Of a stretch of DNA of 64,000 nucleotides, positions 31,500-45,149 are shown piece after piece. The notes under the pieces were generated by a model, which worked only from the letters and a program-made list of their open reading frames with translations, searched no databases and had not been told where the DNA came from. Numbering within the stretch: position 1 is the first letter of the stretch; each line of letters starts with the position of its first letter. This DNA comes from the human T2T-CHM13v2.0 reference genome, Homo sapiens, in NCBI RefSeq assembly GCF_009914755.1, contig NC_060935.1, one strand, 5' to 3'. The position numbers and the translations under genes were made by a program.

Positions 31500-33010
31500 G
31501 CCTTGGCTGAACCAACCCTTGGCGAGGCGACGCGGAGCCGGTAGCCTAGCCTATCTGCAGAGCAGTGCTCGCCCAGGAGAGGCCACAGAAGGGGCGTGCA
31601 CCCGCGAGAGCGCGCAGGGCATTGCCTCGGTTGAGTGCGCCCGGGTGCGCAGGGCGCACCACTAGACGAGTTCAGGGTCCCTGGCGCTCAGCCCCTTGAC
31701 GGGTGAGGCTAGGATCCCGCGGCGGCTGCAGCTACAATCAATGCTCTCTCTGTCCCGGGGTGGAGCTGCTGCCCTGAGCCAGATCCAGGAGGAAGGGGGG
31801 TCGGCATCTGGCTTTTGAATCGAGGACTCTTGTTTGAGATGTTGTGCGGGCTTGGGATCTAGGAGGGGAAGGGGGAGCAATGGCCAGAGCAAGAAAGGGA
31901 AGAAATGGGTCTGGGGCTGGAGAGGGTAGAAGAGCCAGGGGAGGGGTGGAGAGCGGCTGGGGAGGTGCAGTCTGTATTCATTTCCTCTGGTCTGTGTCCT
32001 CAGGCGGCTCCAGACCCAGAGAAGGTCTGCTCTTCCTCCCTCTCAAGCCCCCGGCGGGCCTCATCCTTAATCCATTTCCGTATTCCAATCCTCTCCTTTC
32101 CCAAATGAGTCCCCCTTCCCCCTCTCTCATCCTTTTCCAGCTCTCCCCTCCCCCGTCCGCCCGCCTTCCACCCAGTCCCCGCCTGCGGCACTGCGGCTTC
32201 CTTCTCCTCCGGTGCCCCGCACCCAGCCCGCCGCGAGGTCACCCGGCAGATTCCCTCTAGCTCGCCATCCTCCATCCTCTCCCCGCAGTTTCATCCGTCC
32301 TCCTCCCCGCCTCTGCGAGCTGGGTTTGGGGACGTCTGGGTGGAATGTAGACCCACAGGCTGTCCTTGGTGCCCTTCCTCCCTGTTCTCCAGCGCCCCAG
32401 CCCCAGACACCAGTCCCCCAGCGGGCGAAAGCCCGGGAGCGCCTTCCCCGAAAGACATCAGGGTGCCACGCGGCCCCTGCCCTGCAGAAGCATCCCCCTC
32501 CCGCCCCTGCCTGGAAAGCAGGCCCCTCCCTAAGCTCTGCGCCCTTCTTCCCTGGGCGCCCTCGGACCGTGGCCCGAAGCCTAGTGTTGGGAAGTCTTGC
32601 ATGGGCGCCTGACGGCGGTCCCCGAGCCCCAGGTCCCACCGGCTCCAGTTCCCACCTGGACTGGGGTCTTCCGCTGCTGCAGCCTCCTCCAGACGCGCCG
32701 CCGCCTCCGGTTGCTGCACCCAGCTCGGAGCCCGCAGTTTTCACCGGGGATGGAGGAGAGGGGGAGCGGGGAGCCGGGGGCTCAGCCAATCAGAGGCGGA
32801 GATTGGGGGAGAAAGGACGGCAGGGTGGGGTGGGGGGTGGGGAAGGAAGAGAAGGCGGTCCCGCATTGGTGTGAGAGTGGCAGGTTGCGGCGGAAGGGGG
32901 CCCTCACCCTGTGGCTGGCAGGCCTGGCCAGGGACGGGAGGGTTCGGGACCCCGGGGATCAGGGTGCGGCAGCCCAAAGAACATTATCCTCCTCCCTGAG
33001 CCCCGCAATG
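31500..33010. promoter_or_regulatory. THY1: CpG island covering the THY1 promoter, exon 1 and 5' intron 1; TATA-less promoter with CCAAT boxes and GC boxes
   Basis: High GC and many retained CpGs compared with the flanks; CCAAT 32786-90, ATTGG 32802-06 and 32865-69; GGCGG/GT-box motifs; no TATA seen. Confidence 0.9.
32656..32730 (-). other. THY1: THY1 non-coding exon 1 (5' end approximate)
   Basis: Minus strand GCAACCGGAGGCGGCGGCGCGTCTGGAGGAGGCTGCAGCAGCGGAAGACCCCAGTCCAG|GTGGGA; matches my recollection of the THY1 mRNA leader; good donor. Confidence 0.85.
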
Positions 33011-35669
33011 GTTGTTCCCCTTTTAAGGCTTTAACCCTTTCTTCTGACCTATTCTTCAGGAGTCTGTGGGAAAACCAAAGTGTAAGAGGTGCAGGATGCA
33101 GGCCGGGAGCGCCCACGCCTCCACATTTCCTTTTCAGCTGGAGCCCACCTCCTCCGGAGCCTCCAGTGAGAAGTTTTGGAATATTCCAGTCTTTCTGAAA
33201 GGAAGCTGGTTGGGTGTTTTTCAGTGTTGGAGCAGCCCTTCGGAAGCGAGGCAGGTGCTGGACCCACCCTGTCCGTCCCTGGTCCCCAGCCCCATTTCGC
33301 CCCCTCATCTATTCCAGAGCACCCAGCCCTTCAGGGGGCTGCAGGCGCTTTTTGCTCTGGGCATTACGTCTTCTTCAGCCCCTGGGCTGGCACCTTCTGG
33401 TCCAGACAGCTGGAAGGTTCTTCTGGCTTTCCTGAGTACAGTCTGCTTGTTTGGTCTTCAGACCAGGAAGGGAGTGTTGCCTTTTAGCAGGCACTGTGCT
33501 GGGCACATTACATTCATGGCGACCTTTAACCCATGGCCGCCTGCTGGGTTCATCCCATCTCAATCCTCACCTCCTGTCTTGGCTGGTAAGTGGGAGAGCT
33601 GGAGAACTGACCTGGGCTATGGACCCCAGCTCTCAAGGGTGAGCCATTCCTCTTGCTCATCCCTGCCTAGTGGGAGAAGAGAGAGAGGAACTCTGGGAAA
33701 GAGGAGGAGACAGCACAAAAAGGACTGAGTCGAGGCCAACTCCTGATCACCTGGGGCACTCCTGATAACCCACCGATTGGATGTCACCAGAAGCCCTAGG
33801 CTCATTTTTAGAGACAGTGCTGATGACTTTCTCTCACTCACAGGTGTAGTGAATTTTTTTGAACTAACGTTTATTTGATTGATTTGTATCCTGCCAGCCT
33901 CTTTATGAATTCTGGTCACGACATTCTGTGGGCCTCCCCAATGTCTGCCTGCCTGTTCTCCTATTTCTTCATGGAAGTCAGCCCTGGCACCTTCCCTGCA
34001 GTTTCTGATACTGCAGTGGCACTGTTGGAAGCCACTGTTGGAAGCTTGCAAGTGGGAGGAGATTCGCTTGGTTTCCCAGCATTTAGGGTGATGGAACACT
34101 CTAACTGGAATGAGCCTTGCAGATGGTTAAGTCCAAAGGAGCTATTCACTTTGGTAAACTGCAGAGGTTTCTAGGGCATTTTATGAAAAATGCAGCTGGC
34201 CTTGCCCACCTAGGACCTCCTTAATCTAGTACTAGAGCCAGCTGAGTCTGCACTTTTCTCACGCTCCCCAGGATCTGGGGACTCTAACACATGATCTGGT
34301 AAGACTGTCCCTCTTCATAGGTGAGCTAACCTGGCTTCTTGTTTGTAGGATACTTTTTAAGGCCATGAATGTCCTGGCCCCTGGCTGCTGACTTCCCTCC
34401 TCCCTCCAACTCCATCCCAGCCATCTTCCCATTCATCTACCTGATGCATTCCAGACACACTGGCTCTGGCTTCTGTCTGTCTCTTCATGGCAGCGCACTC
34501 CTTCCTGCTTAACAGCTTTCTGATTCTGAGTCCAGGGATCTTAACTGCAGAAGGCATCTGGGCTCTGCTGGCTGAGGCCCTGGATGCTCCGTTTCCCACT
34601 CTTTGGCCCTGTCTCTGAGTGTTGCTGGGTGGAAGGCCTAGCAGTGCTATTTTGATAAGGTTATGAGGACCTGGCCTAATTTCTGGGTCCCCAAGCACCT
34701 TGCTTTTAGGCAGGGGAGGGGAGTATAGACTGTAGAAGGTGTGGCAATTCTGTGTCTGCCAAGCAAGATCTCTGATTGGATGGAATTAATGGCTCTGATT
34801 AGACATCTGAGGTCAGGGGATAGAGCACAAGGTGGTGGAGGGAGGAGATTTTAAAACTCCATTTACTGTGGATAGGATCGGAGTGCTGAAACCAGCAAGG
34901 CTTTAGAGGAATCCAGCTAAGGCAAGACTTCCTGCCAGAAGACTGCGGCTGCCCTGTTGGTCTCTTAGATCTCTCTTTTCCCACCATCTCCTGTTTTCCC
35001 ACCCAGAAACATATGGGGATAAAAACTCTTCTAAAAACACACAGTCCTTTAGCATGACCTAGGGACTGCCAGCCATTCCCTCATTTCATCAGATTGTCTT
35101 TCTAGAATCACAGAGGTGACTACAGTGGTCCCATCTTTTAAATTTTATTTTATTTTATTTTTGAGCCAGGGTCTCACTCTGTTGCCTAGGCTAGAGTGCA
35201 GTGGTGCAATCACCACTCACTGAAGCTTTGACCTCCTGGGCTCAAGTGATCCTCCTACCTCAGCCTCCTGAGTAGCTGGGACAATAGGCACTTGACACTA
35301 TGCCCAGCTAATTAATTTTTTTTTTTTTTTTTTGTAGAGATGGGATCTCACCATGTTGCCCAGGCTGATCTTGAACTCCTGGGCTCAAGTAATCCTCCCG
35401 CCTGGACTCTCAAAATGCTGGGATTACAGGTGGGAGCCACTGCACCTGGCTTGCCCCACTATTTTATAGCTGGGACTTGAGGCCCGAGAAAGGTAATGAT
35501 TTGTCAAGGTCAGACAAATATTTTGAAGCATGGTCTGGACTATTAGATCTTAAGTCTCCTGACTCCATGTTCCCACTGTGCTCTCCAGTGCTCCCAGGGC
35601 GGACCCTCAGATCTCTGCTAGACTCATTTCCCTGGTTCACGGTGAAATAAGTAAAACGAGGACAGTCCG

Positions 35670-36195
35670 GGGTACTCTGAACATAGCTGTCAGGTTATCA
35701 CCTTGTTTTGATTTTATGTTCTTCACCCTGTTGATGAGGGAGAGATTCCCATCCCCTAAAGTTAGGGGGATCACATGACCTCAACACTGGACGAATGAGA
35801 GCAATAGCAGTTTATTAGTCACATATGCTCATACCTGGGAGGATAACACTGCACGCCATGAACTGCTTCATGGGAGTTGCACTCAGAAACAGGTATTACC
35901 AGGAGCTGTGGGAGGCAGGCTTTGTAATGTCAAAACGGTGGAATGCCCCCGTTTCCTGTAAGAGAATGTGATTGGCTGTTTGCATAATTCTGTGGGCTGG
36001 CAGGGTGCTGAAGCCCAGTACTCAGGGTTAAGCAGAAATTGTGCCTGGCCCCCACAATAAGGAGGGTGGTTTGGCTGGGGGACCTCATCAGCAAAGTAGG
36101 GAGGGGATCTTGTAATTAGGCCATTTGAGGTCTCCCTGATATCAAGGCAGCCATAATACTGAGCTCTAATCTTTGACTAATTGAGACTATACACC
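35670..36195. mobile_element. LTR of the MER21/MER68/MER77 group
   Basis: gtttattagtcacatatgctcata...gtgattggctg...gactataca; assigned by eye. Confidence 0.55.
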
Positions 36196-37168
36196 TGCCT
36201 TTCCTATACTTTCATTCTAAGGTTATACCTTTCCATTTTTCTGAAGAGATGGTGGTATTGATATGTGTGTATGTGTGGTTTTTAATGTCCTACTTTATAT
36301 ATAAAAAAAAGAAAATTGGTAACTTCCTGTTAACCCTCACACTTCTTTGGAAATGTGACTAAGTCTATGAAATTAAAATATCTTGGAACTGCTGCTCTAC
36401 ACTCCGCTACCTCTCCTAACCTCTAGTCGAGGTCAACTTCCTGAGCAAGGTCAGCTCCCTGAAGAACTGCATATTTGGTTGGAGAATGTGACAAATACAA
36501 ACTAAACATTATTTCTTGGAATGCAGGGCAGAAGTTGAGAGAAGGCACCAATGGAGACACTTTAATCTTTGATAGTTATTTTAAAAACTTTATTCATGGA
36601 TGGTTTAATTGACCAAATAATTAAGACATTATTGGTACCAATAATGTTCCAAGGCACGGGGCTAGACGCTAGGTATACAAAGATTAGTAGAACACCATCT
36701 CAAAGGCTTGTTCCAATGGGGGAAACAGAAATGATACATAGATAATTAGAAAAAAGAGGGTAGACACAGAGGTAGAGACGTGTAAAGGGTACTGTGGGAG
36801 TCCAGAGGAGGGACAGGTGATGACCCAATCTGTCAGAGAGGGCTTCTTGGAGGCCAGGCATGAACTGAGCTTTTAAAGATAAATGGGAGTTGCCCAGGTA
36901 TGGTAGACTGTCACATCAATGGCCTCCAGTGAGTCATGCCCCCCCCCGCCCGGTGTCCATGCTTTTGTGTAATCCCTTCCGTGCTGATTCTGGGCTTGGC
37001 CACGTGCCTTGCTTTGGCCAATGGGCCATCAGCAAATGTGATGAAAGCAGAAGCTTGTGAAATGTTTGTACGTTGGAGCTTGCTTTTTTGGAGTTCAGTT
37101 GCCACTTGAGGGAGTCTGAACTATCTCAGTTTACATCAATCACCATTTGGGATCTGCCAGCCCCCAGT

Positions 37169-37252
37169 TGACCTGCCATGGGACCACACAGGCCTGTGAC
37201 CTGCCATGGGACCACACAGGCATGTGACCTGTCATGGGACCACAAAAGCATG
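37169..37252. repeat. 28-bp tandem repeat, 3 copies (tgacctgccatgggaccacacaggcmtg)
   Basis: Units at 37169-96, 37197-224 and 37225-252. Confidence 0.95.
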
Positions 37253-37370
37253 TGTAATTCCAAGTGATGCCATACAGAAGAGAAATGAGCCACCCAGATA
37301 AGGCTACCGTGGTGATTCTAAAATGTGGACACAAATTCTTTGACATTCCTTCATCAAGAGGTGACATCTA

Positions 37371-37668
<298 letters not shown>

Positions 37669-40064
37669 AAGAGGTGACATCTATGTCCCCTTGTCTTAAA
37701 TCTCAGTGGGCTTGTGACTGCTTCAGCTAATAGAGTAGGACAGATGTGATGCTAAGAGACTTCTGCACTGAGGCCTTAGAAGGCCACATAGCTTCTATCC
37801 TTTTTGCCAGAACACTCACTCTTGGAGCCAACATGGAAAACATCTGGCTATCCACCTGCAGCCACCATGCCTGGCTCCAGGCAATTTCAAGTAAGGAGGG
37901 ACTCTTTGGTGGCTGGAACAAGGGTGACTCAGGTAGTGGTGAAACAACTGGCAAAAACAAAATTTCTCGTGGCAACTTAGACAACAGAAGAAGTGCTTAA
38001 TGAATTTGTAGATTTGGCTAAAGGGACCTGGAGACAGAATGCTCCAAGTGTCATTTGGGTGCTTCTAGTTGGCATGATAAAGTATTACAAGAGAGCTGAG
38101 CTACAAAAGGACCTGCTCAGTTTGTTAGGTGGAAAAGAAAACCAGATCTCATTGCCAGTTTCAGTATCAGGCAATGGGCTCTCAAAACTAGAACTGGCCT
38201 AAAGGTAGAGATTAAATCAAGGGTACGATTTTACAACCTTCGTTAAGACCCCAGGAGATTTAAATGGTGTTCATTAGACCTTCTTGACAAGACAGAAGGG
38301 TTTCTAAGAATGTTAAGGACATTGTCCTTGCCAGGCACAGTGGCTCATGCCTGTAATCTCAGCACTTTGAGAGGCCAAGGCAGGAAAATCACTTGAACCC
38401 AGGAGTTTGAGATCAGCCTGGGCAACATAATGAGACCTCATCTCTACAAAAAATAAAAAACTAGCTGGGTGTGGTGTCACGTGCCTGTGGTCCCAGATAC
38501 TTGGGAGACTGAGGTGGGAGGATCTCTTGAGCCTGAGAGGTTGAGGCTTCAGTGAGGCACCCCAGCCTGGGCAACATGGGCAACAGAGCAAGGCCCTGCC
38601 TAAAAAAAAAAAAAAAACGCATTGTCCTATAGCTGAAATGGAGTCTTTTTGAAATTAATTATGTGTGTGGCTTTGGGTGCATGAAGTAGACCCCAGTAAT
38701 ATTCACAGAAAACCCATAAAGTTTTAAGGAGTATTGTATTGGCAAAAGCTCCGCCAGTTTGGAGTAAAAGGAACTGAAACAGTTCAAAATGAAAAGAAGC
38801 CTCTGGGCGTCCAACTTTCTATGGGCAGGAAGCTGGCCCCTATACAGAGGTCCTTCTCTTAGGGAAAAGAAGGATCTCTTGGAAGGCAAAACCAACAGCC
38901 CAGAGAGTGTAACTAAGAGCCAGGGAGAACTGGGTCCTGTTCAAGTAACATTCCCTGCCTCTAGCATAGGGATCCTGATGACATGTGCCTGCCTGGATTT
39001 CAGAATTGCTTTGAACTAGTGATTGCTATCTATGTGCCTCTCATTTCTCCCGTTTTGATGGGAGTATCTATTGAGCTTATCCTGTCCCTGTGTCACCATT
39101 GTACATTGGGCGTGTGGTCTTGTCTTTTTAGCTCACAGGTCCCTGAGTGAAGAGGAGCCACCCCTGAGGAGTTGTACCCAAGGAGACTCAGCCACAGCCA
39201 GACCTACTGCACATTTTGAGATCATGGTCTTGGAGCCTGATGTCGTGATTGGGTGCTTTGGGAAGGGTGGGTGTATTTTACAAGTGGGAGGACAGAGCAT
39301 CTTTAGGAGTAGAGAGCAAACTGTGGTGGAGTGCCACATTAATGCCCTCAGCCAGTCATGCCTCTTTCACACTGACTCTGGCTTGGCCATAAGACATGTT
39401 TTGGCCAACAGGAGTTCAGCAAACGTGGTGCAAGCGATTTCCTCAGTGCTTGCCATCTTAGGCAAGGACCCCGGGGCTCTGTGAGGAAGCTCGAGCTGGT
39501 CACAGTGGAGAGACCTGAACAGAAGTGCTGTGGCTACCATCCCCCGCCCCAATCTGGGAGCTGCCCATCACTGAGTGAGCCTTTCCAGGATCACCCAGTG
39601 TCCAGCCCACTTGTCACCTGGCCACACATGCAGGAGTGAGCCCAGCAAATCCCGTATGGAGCTGTTCCCTGACCAAACTGCTGACCCACAGAAAAGCTGC
39701 CTTTGGTTACTAGTTGGGGTGATTTGTTACAGAACAATAGCTAACTAAGAAACCAGGCGAGGAGAGGGGAGAGGATCTAAGACAGAGGAGGCAGCGTGAG
39801 CAAAGGAACAGAAATACAGCAAAGCAAAGCAGAGGCAGGAAAAAACAGGCAGTTTTATTTCTCGTGGCGGTGAAGGCTGAGAGAGGATGATGGAGAAATG
39901 GGGAAGAGGCAGTCGAGGAAGTCCTTGTCTGTCTGGACTTGGATAATGAGGCATCATGACAGGCTTACAGGAAGAGTGTGAAATGGCTGGATAGGTGTAT
40001 TTTTTAGAAGGATTACTCTGGGAGGTTGGGTGCAGTGGCTCATGCCTGTAATCCCAGCACTTCA

Positions 40065-40319
<255 letters not shown>

Positions 40320-41381
40320 TTAAAAAAAAAAAAGAAAGATTACTGTGGGGGCAGCATGGCGAGTGACTGGAGGGCCCCATGAATCCTCTCCTGCCTGTGG
40401 TTCTTTGCCCTGCGGTGCACTCAGCGCAGAGGTGGGGAGGCGGAAGGTGGCTTCTGGGAGAGAGGGTGATGTGACGCACACTTCCTTGGGGTCAAGACCC
40501 ATATCCGTCTTATTTGCTGCTGTAGCTCAGGGGCTTCCAGGTCCTGGCACAAAGTAGAGTCACACAATAAATATTTTTGGATAAATATAAGGAGTAAGGG
40601 CATTCAAGTATCATAGGTGCTGCCCATGAGGCAAGAAGGAGGGAATTCAAAGAAGGGTTTGGGAGAAAGCAGTGGTTGTTTTCTGGAAAGGGGAAGAAAG
40701 GCATTCCTGACAGAGGGAGCCCCAGAAACAAGGGTGGAGGTGTGAAGTGCACCTGGGAGCTGCATCAGTGAGGGGGATGAGGGTCTGAGATGGGGCAGGA
40801 GCAGTGGAGGTGGAGAAGGTGGGGCAGATGGGAGAGACCCAAGTCAGGGGATGTTCAGTGCCTTCCTGGATGTCTTTGGGAGGCATCACAAGGACTCTGA
40901 GATTTTGGGGTTGGCTACTCTGAAGGATCAGAGAGAGGAAGCAGCTTCAGTGCAAAAGATCATGTATTCAGTGCTGGCCACGTTGAGCTTGAGAGCCTGT
41001 GGGATGTGCACATGGAGAGGTTCAGGCCAGAGCTGAGGAGCGAGGTCGGAGGAGAGGAGAGGTTAACTGCTGGTTGTTGGCAAGTAGGTGGTAATGAGCA
41101 CCCCGGGAGCATGTGTAGACCTAGAAGAAAACAGAACCCAGGACAGGACCCCAAAGAGCGCTGACACTTAAGGGAGTGGTTGCAGCTGAGGAGTCTGAGG
41201 AGGTGGCCAGAAGGATGGAGAATGAGGAGAGGGCGAAGCCACAGAAACAGGCGAGTTCAGTGAGGGTGTGGTCAGCGGTGTGAAGTACAGACAAAAATGT
41301 ATCCTATCCATTAGATTTGGCAACAGGAGGTCACCTGGTGAGGACAGTTTCAGAACAGTGGTAACTGAGGTCTGAAGTCAT

Positions 41382-41832
41382 TGTTTCAAGATACAGTTTT
41401 TATTATTAGGTACAGCAAGGGCCGCAGGGCAGGAGGCGGCCTCCATTGAAAAGATGATTTGTTAAACTCGTAGATCCCGAGTAGGGGGCACGCCACATGG
41501 TGGGGGTCACTGGGAAGCACTGGGTCGGTCAGGAGGCACAGGGGGAGGGGGCAGTTGTGGGCGGGCACCTTCATTGTGGTTTTCAAGGGAACAAATGGGC
41601 AAGGCAGGGTGAGCAGGCTTAGGATTGGCTATGTTGAATAATTGCAGTGGGCTCTGGGCATAGGGGCTGTCCTAGTTGTGTGGAACCTGGCCTTGGGCAA
41701 TCAGGGCAGGTGGCTGGTGGCTCTGAGTGTGAGAGTCAATAGAGGTGTTTGGAGCGTGCTCTCTGGACTGGTTGGGTGGGAGAGTTATCTCCGATCTCTA
41801 TGAATTGGCTAACCGTGGGAGGGACAGTCACC
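41382..41832. mobile_element. MER21/MER68-group LTR within L2 remnants
   Basis: ttcattgtggttttcaagggaacaaatgggcaaggcagggtgagcaggcttaggattggcta motif. Confidence 0.6.
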
Positions 41833-42862
41833 TCAGATGGTAAAACGTCATAATAGAGAAAATAAAAGACATGGTTAATATAGTCATGGGTTGAGGAGTG
41901 AGTGGGGAGACAAGATGGAGGCTGCAAAGCAAAGAGGAGCTTTGTAAATGAGCAGCGGCTGCTTGAGGCCCACAGGGTCCCTTCTCCCGAGGGGCTGGCC
42001 TGGGAGGTGGGTTGCAGGGTGGCTGAGAGACGGCCAGCGTCTTCTGTGGAAACCGGGGCCTGCCTCCTGGTGAGATCCTCCTTGTGCCTGCCGACTGGGC
42101 AGCAGCATCTGGCATGGACACTCCAGGCATGAGGTGTGGGGCGCTCGGACTGTCAGCTTCAACCTTGTGGTTTCGGCTTGGCTGAGCTCAGCTGTTCTCA
42201 GTGTGCACCAAGCTAAGGGAGAGCCAGACAGGGCTGTGTGAGAGGTGAGGATAGCCCCCCGAGACTGATTCAGTCTCTCCAGCAAAGAGAAAATGAATTA
42301 GCTTTTTTTTTTTTTGGCAGGGACAGCTACGCCTAGGGAATAAGCAAGACTCATCCTTGTGGAATGTGAGGAGTTAGCTTTTTTTTTTTTTAATGTCTTT
42401 TGAAGAAAAAATATACAAGCAGAGATCCCACGGTTGTCCGAGGCCACTTCCACCTCAACTGTCCAGGACCCATCACCAGCAAAAGTGCTTTGTAAGCAAG
42501 CCGCTGCTCCCTGATATACGAGCTGTAGCATCCCCACCACCTTCCAAAGAAGCCGACAATTCCCCCAAACGTCCCTTGCCAGCTGGCTTCAATTAGTAGT
42601 AGCAGAATGCAAATGAAGCATGCTGCAGCTACTCTGGGTCGGGCTGCTCCAAAGTGAGGGGAAATTCAACTCCCAGATAGGGAAGAGGAAGAAAGTCAGA
42701 AATACTTTCTTTATGATAGAGGCATTTCTGCTGCTCCTTGGCAGGAAGGAAAGGAGAATGTCGTGGGTGTTCATTTTTCCAAAGTGCACTGTGTAGGAAA
42801 GCATGTGAGTTTCAACTTCTGTGGGTGAGAGCATAGGGAGCAGCCTGAGAGTCCACGTGCTG

Positions 42863-42907
42863 GTGTGCATGTGTGTGTGTGCACGCGCGTGCATGTGTGC
42901 ACGTGTG
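42863..42907. repeat. 45-bp uninterrupted purine-pyrimidine alternation ((TG)n with a CGCGCG core)
   Basis: gtgtgcatgtgtgtgtgtgcacgcgcgtgcatgtgtgcacgtgtg. Confidence 0.92.
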
Positions 42908-45149
42908 GGAATTGGCAGCAGTCGGAGCTCTCTGCTCACCTAGGTACAACCTCAGCCTTGGATACCCCTGTCTTCAGCTCACCCAGGCAGATCTCTGTCC
43001 TTTAAGCCTCCCAGAAGGTATTGGAGGAAGGGGCAGACCTGAGGCAAGTGACTCCAAGCCTGAAATCTTTGTCAGCCAAATCCTGTGAGTCATCCTTTCT
43101 CATCTTCACCCCTATATCCAGTCATTCATCCAAGTTTGGATTCTATCTGCAGAATGCTCCTTGGAGCCAGGTCTTTCTCTCCATCCTCACTGACACAGCC
43201 TTAGCCCTAGTCTTTGTCTCTCTTGCTTAGACCATTGCAGTAGCCTGCTAGCTGGTATCCTGTCTCCAGTCTCTCCCTCCCTGCTGCTACTAGAGTAATT
43301 CACCATCTCCCAGCCATTTTATTTGTTTTTTTTTTAAGAAATTGTTTACTTAAAAAAATTCTAATACATGTATGTGGTTCCAAATACAATGGAAGAAAGA
43401 ACATAGAATAAAAAGTAAATCTTTCATCAACTCCTGTCCTCTAGCTATTGCTACAGTTGTTAGCAGTTGTGTAACTTCCAGAAATCTTCCATGCATGTAA
43501 CAATATCAGCAAATCTGTTTTATTGGTGGGTGTGGGGAGCACACAAATTGTAGTCTATTATACACTTTATTTTGCCTCTTGCTTTTTTTTCACTGAACAA
43601 TGTCTCTTGGGGGTCATTCTGTATGAGGACATATGAAGTTGACTTATTTTTATCAGTTGTATAATATTCCATTTTATGGACATATTACTATATATTTGAT
43701 CAGTCCTGTATCAGTGGCTATTTAGGTGATTTACAAACTATACTATTACAAACAATGCTCTAATGAATGATTTATGCAAATGTAATTTCATGTGTTTGAT
43801 CTATCTGTAGGACAAATTCTTTAGAATTTGAGTGCCATTATTATTATTATTATTATTATTAGATAGGCTCTGTCACCCACACTTGTGTGCCATGGCACAA
43901 TCATAGCTTGCTGCAGCCTTGAACTCCTGGGCTTAAGTGACCCCCTACCTCAGCCTCCCAAGTAGCTGGGACTACAGGTGTGTGCCACGACACCCAGTAA
44001 TAATTTTTCTTTTTTGAAGAGATGAGGTCTCACTGTATGGCCCAGCCTGGTTTCAAACTCCTGGCCTCAAGCAATCCTCCAGCCTCAGCCTCCCAAAGTG
44101 ATGGAATTACAAGTGTGAGCCACCATGCCCAGCTCCTTTGACTATTATTACTAAATATTTAATTCAAATTAAATTATTTAAATGTTTTCTTTGTAAAAGA
44201 TGAAGAGCAGACCTCTATCTTCAGTCCAGAACTCTTCCCTGAGCTCTGACTCATCAATTAGCCATGACTTAATATATCCACATGGGTATATCAAATCATT
44301 TACTATGTCCTAAATTGACCTCCAATCTTTCCCATCACATAAATGGCACCCCCCATGCATGCAATTGCTTAAGCCAAGCCCCTGAAGTTGTCTGTGATGT
44401 CTTCATCCGCACCTGCTTGTCTAGCTCATTGTGGTTCCCATGTGCTTCACCTCCTATTAGCTTTCTTTTTTGCCTACTTCTCTCCATGCTCTTGCACCAT
44501 CAGTAACCCTTTTAACTCCACAGCCCCTTCAGCTGTAGCCCTCCACAGGAGTGATTTCACTGTCCCACTCAGAGCCTGCATCATCTCCTTCTGGACTAGT
44601 GCAGTCATAATAAGAGCATGGCGTCCAAAGTGCTTGTGGTGTGTCAGCACTGTGCTGGGTGTATTGCCCACACCAGCTGCTTTTCACCCTCACAGCCACC
44701 CTCAGGGTAGCTGTACTATCACCATCCCCCTTTCACAAACCAGGAAGCTGAGACACTGAGAAGTTCACCAGCTGGTAAGGGGCTGAGCTCTTCAACACTA
44801 TTCTTGGGTGTTCTTTGAACCTCCTAAATGATCCTCTGCCTCCATTCACACCCCTTACAGGCCATTCCCCAGCATTCAGCAGATCATGGCCTGCCCAACT
44901 TTAAAACCTTCAGTGGCTCAGCCTCCCATTTCTCTTAGAAGGAAACTCAAATTCCCACAAGGGGCTGCATGTGGAGACCTAACGCCCCTCTCCACGTCGC
45001 CACCATCTTCCTCACCAGCATCACACCTGACAGCCTTTCTTTTGGTCCCTAGAGGTTTCAGCCATTTCCCACCTCAGGGCCCTTGAATACCGCCTGTTTT
45101 TAGGGAACGGTGCTTCCCTGCTTGGGTTATTCTCCCACCCTCTGCTCCC

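Noticed and set aside
32127-33728. Three 220-aa ORFs (32127..32789 -, 32212..32874 +, 33066..33728 +) and many overlapping ORFs
   Set aside because: Low-complexity G/P/R/A-rich products overlapping on both strands in or beside a CpG island; expected from stop-codon scarcity; no recognisable domain.
37169-37252. Repeat array as CRISPR-like
   Set aside because: Contiguous tandem units with no unique spacers, in eukaryotic LTR context.
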